Both the position numbers and the translations under genes were made by a program. 64,000 nt of DNA from Mustelus asterias (Eukaryota), in NCBI RefSeq assembly GCF_964213995.1, contig NC_135808.1, positions 90,334,001-90,398,000 on the forward strand. The letters run 5' to 3'. The first letter of the stretch is position 1. Every line of letters starts with the position of its first letter. Shown here in pieces: positions 62,907 to 64,000 of the stretch. The notes below the pieces were generated by a model that ran no database searches, was not told the origin of the DNA, and was given only the letters and a program-made list of their open reading frames with translations.

Positions 62907-62986
62907 GAGATCAAGTATTTCCAGTTCCCTGGCGAGCTACTGATGAGAATGCTGAAAATGTTAATTCTCCCGCTGGTGGTCTCCAG
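62907..62986 (+). CDS. SLC1A7: SLC1A7 exon 2
   Basis: [26 protein letters not shown](S), the SLC1 signature; aag/gtgagt. Confidence 0.95.
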
Positions 62987-63754
62987 GTGAGTGAAAGCTT
63001 GTCCCAGCAGTGAGTCTGTTCTTCGCACATATCTCACCATACCATCGAATACATATTCAGAAAAATCTATTTCTGATGGCACTTTTTCTAATCGCCTTTC
63101 ATGGTCTGTGTCAATCTAGCTGAGTGGATTGGCATTGGTCCCAGGCGCTGCTCTGCTTTTTGATAAAGTCATTTTAAAGAGGTTCTGTCTAACTGAGGGC
63201 AAGTGTGAAGGTCCCATGTCAACTTTATCATAGCAATTTCCAATCTAAATTAAAGTGTCTTGTCCTGTTCAATATGAATAACATCAAATGCATTGAGTAT
63301 ATGTGAGAATGGGTGTTAATGGCCCAAATATTCTGGTCTCCGTATTGACGGAGTTTGGAACGTCAAGACCTCACTGAAGTCATGATGCAGACACATGAGT
63401 GGAAGTTTCTCAGGAAATTTGAACTTCAAATGCGCTGAATTCCACTGCCCAGAACTTTCCACAAACTGAGCTCAGTGTAAGAGACGTAGGCCTGATAGGT
63501 GGAATTTAACTATATACAGTACTTACCCAGGAAGTATCACACTGGTTAACACCTGATCTAACTAGCAATCTGGCACTGTTACTCAACTATCCCCCTAATT
63601 GCACCCTCACCCAACCTGACTACTATCCCCAACCCAAACTAACTATCTTCCACCGCCAACTGCCACCATACAACTATCCCCTGTCTCAACCCAACTACTG
63701 CCCTCACCTGACTACCGCCAACACCACCTGACTACCCCACTCATCCACTCACCC

Positions 63755-64000
63755 TCGGTGGCACAGTGGTTAGCACCGTTGTCTCACAGCGCCAGGGATC
63801 TGGGTTCAATTCAATTCCTGTTTTTGGTCACTGTCTGTGCGGAGTTTGCACATTCTCCCCATGTCTGCGTGGGTTTCCTCTGGATGAACTGGCTTCCTCC
63901 CACAGTCCGGAAGACGTGCTGGTTAGGTGCATTGGTCATGTTAAATTCTCCCTCAGTGTACCTGAACAGGCACCGGAGTGTGGCGACTAGGGGATTTTCA
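63755..64000 (+). mobile_element. V-domain SINE, alternative tail (runs off window)
   Basis: Family consensus match. Confidence 0.85.

Noticed and set aside
63585-63755. C-rich degenerate repeat in SLC1A7 intron 2
   Set aside because: Low-complexity sequence with no stable unit or assignable function.

Overview
Eukaryotic vertebrate DNA, almost certainly a cartilaginous fish (shark), judged from its V-domain/HE1-type SINEs, Deu-type SINEs, CR1 LINEs and Penelope elements. It holds the conserved block MAGOH(+, 5 exons, 146 aa) - CZIB/C1orf123(+, 8 exons, 160 aa) - CPT2(-, 5 exons, 658 aa) - SLC1A7/EAAT5(+, first 2 exons). I assembled all exons by hand with GT-AG junctions and consistent phases. 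Most ORF-track entries are repeat-derived or spurious. The rest is largely transposable elements. Highlights: (1) a Neptune-type Penelope-like family with minimal hammerhead ribozymes, seen as six insertions of 22 bp to 1.9 kb, five with 12-13 bp target-site duplications (TSDs), including a palindromic two-hammerhead mini-element; (2) a compact 4.4 kb Gypsy LTR element with no tRNA primer-binding site but a perfect 12-bp complement to its own LTR (possible self-priming), a YLDN RT motif and a YY1-motif array in a gag-pro coding repeat; (3) a CRE-rich tandem repeat just before the MAGOH ATG; (4) a ~1 kb minisatellite in CZIB intron 2. Repeat family names come from recall of motifs, not a database search, and old-repeat boundaries are approximate.
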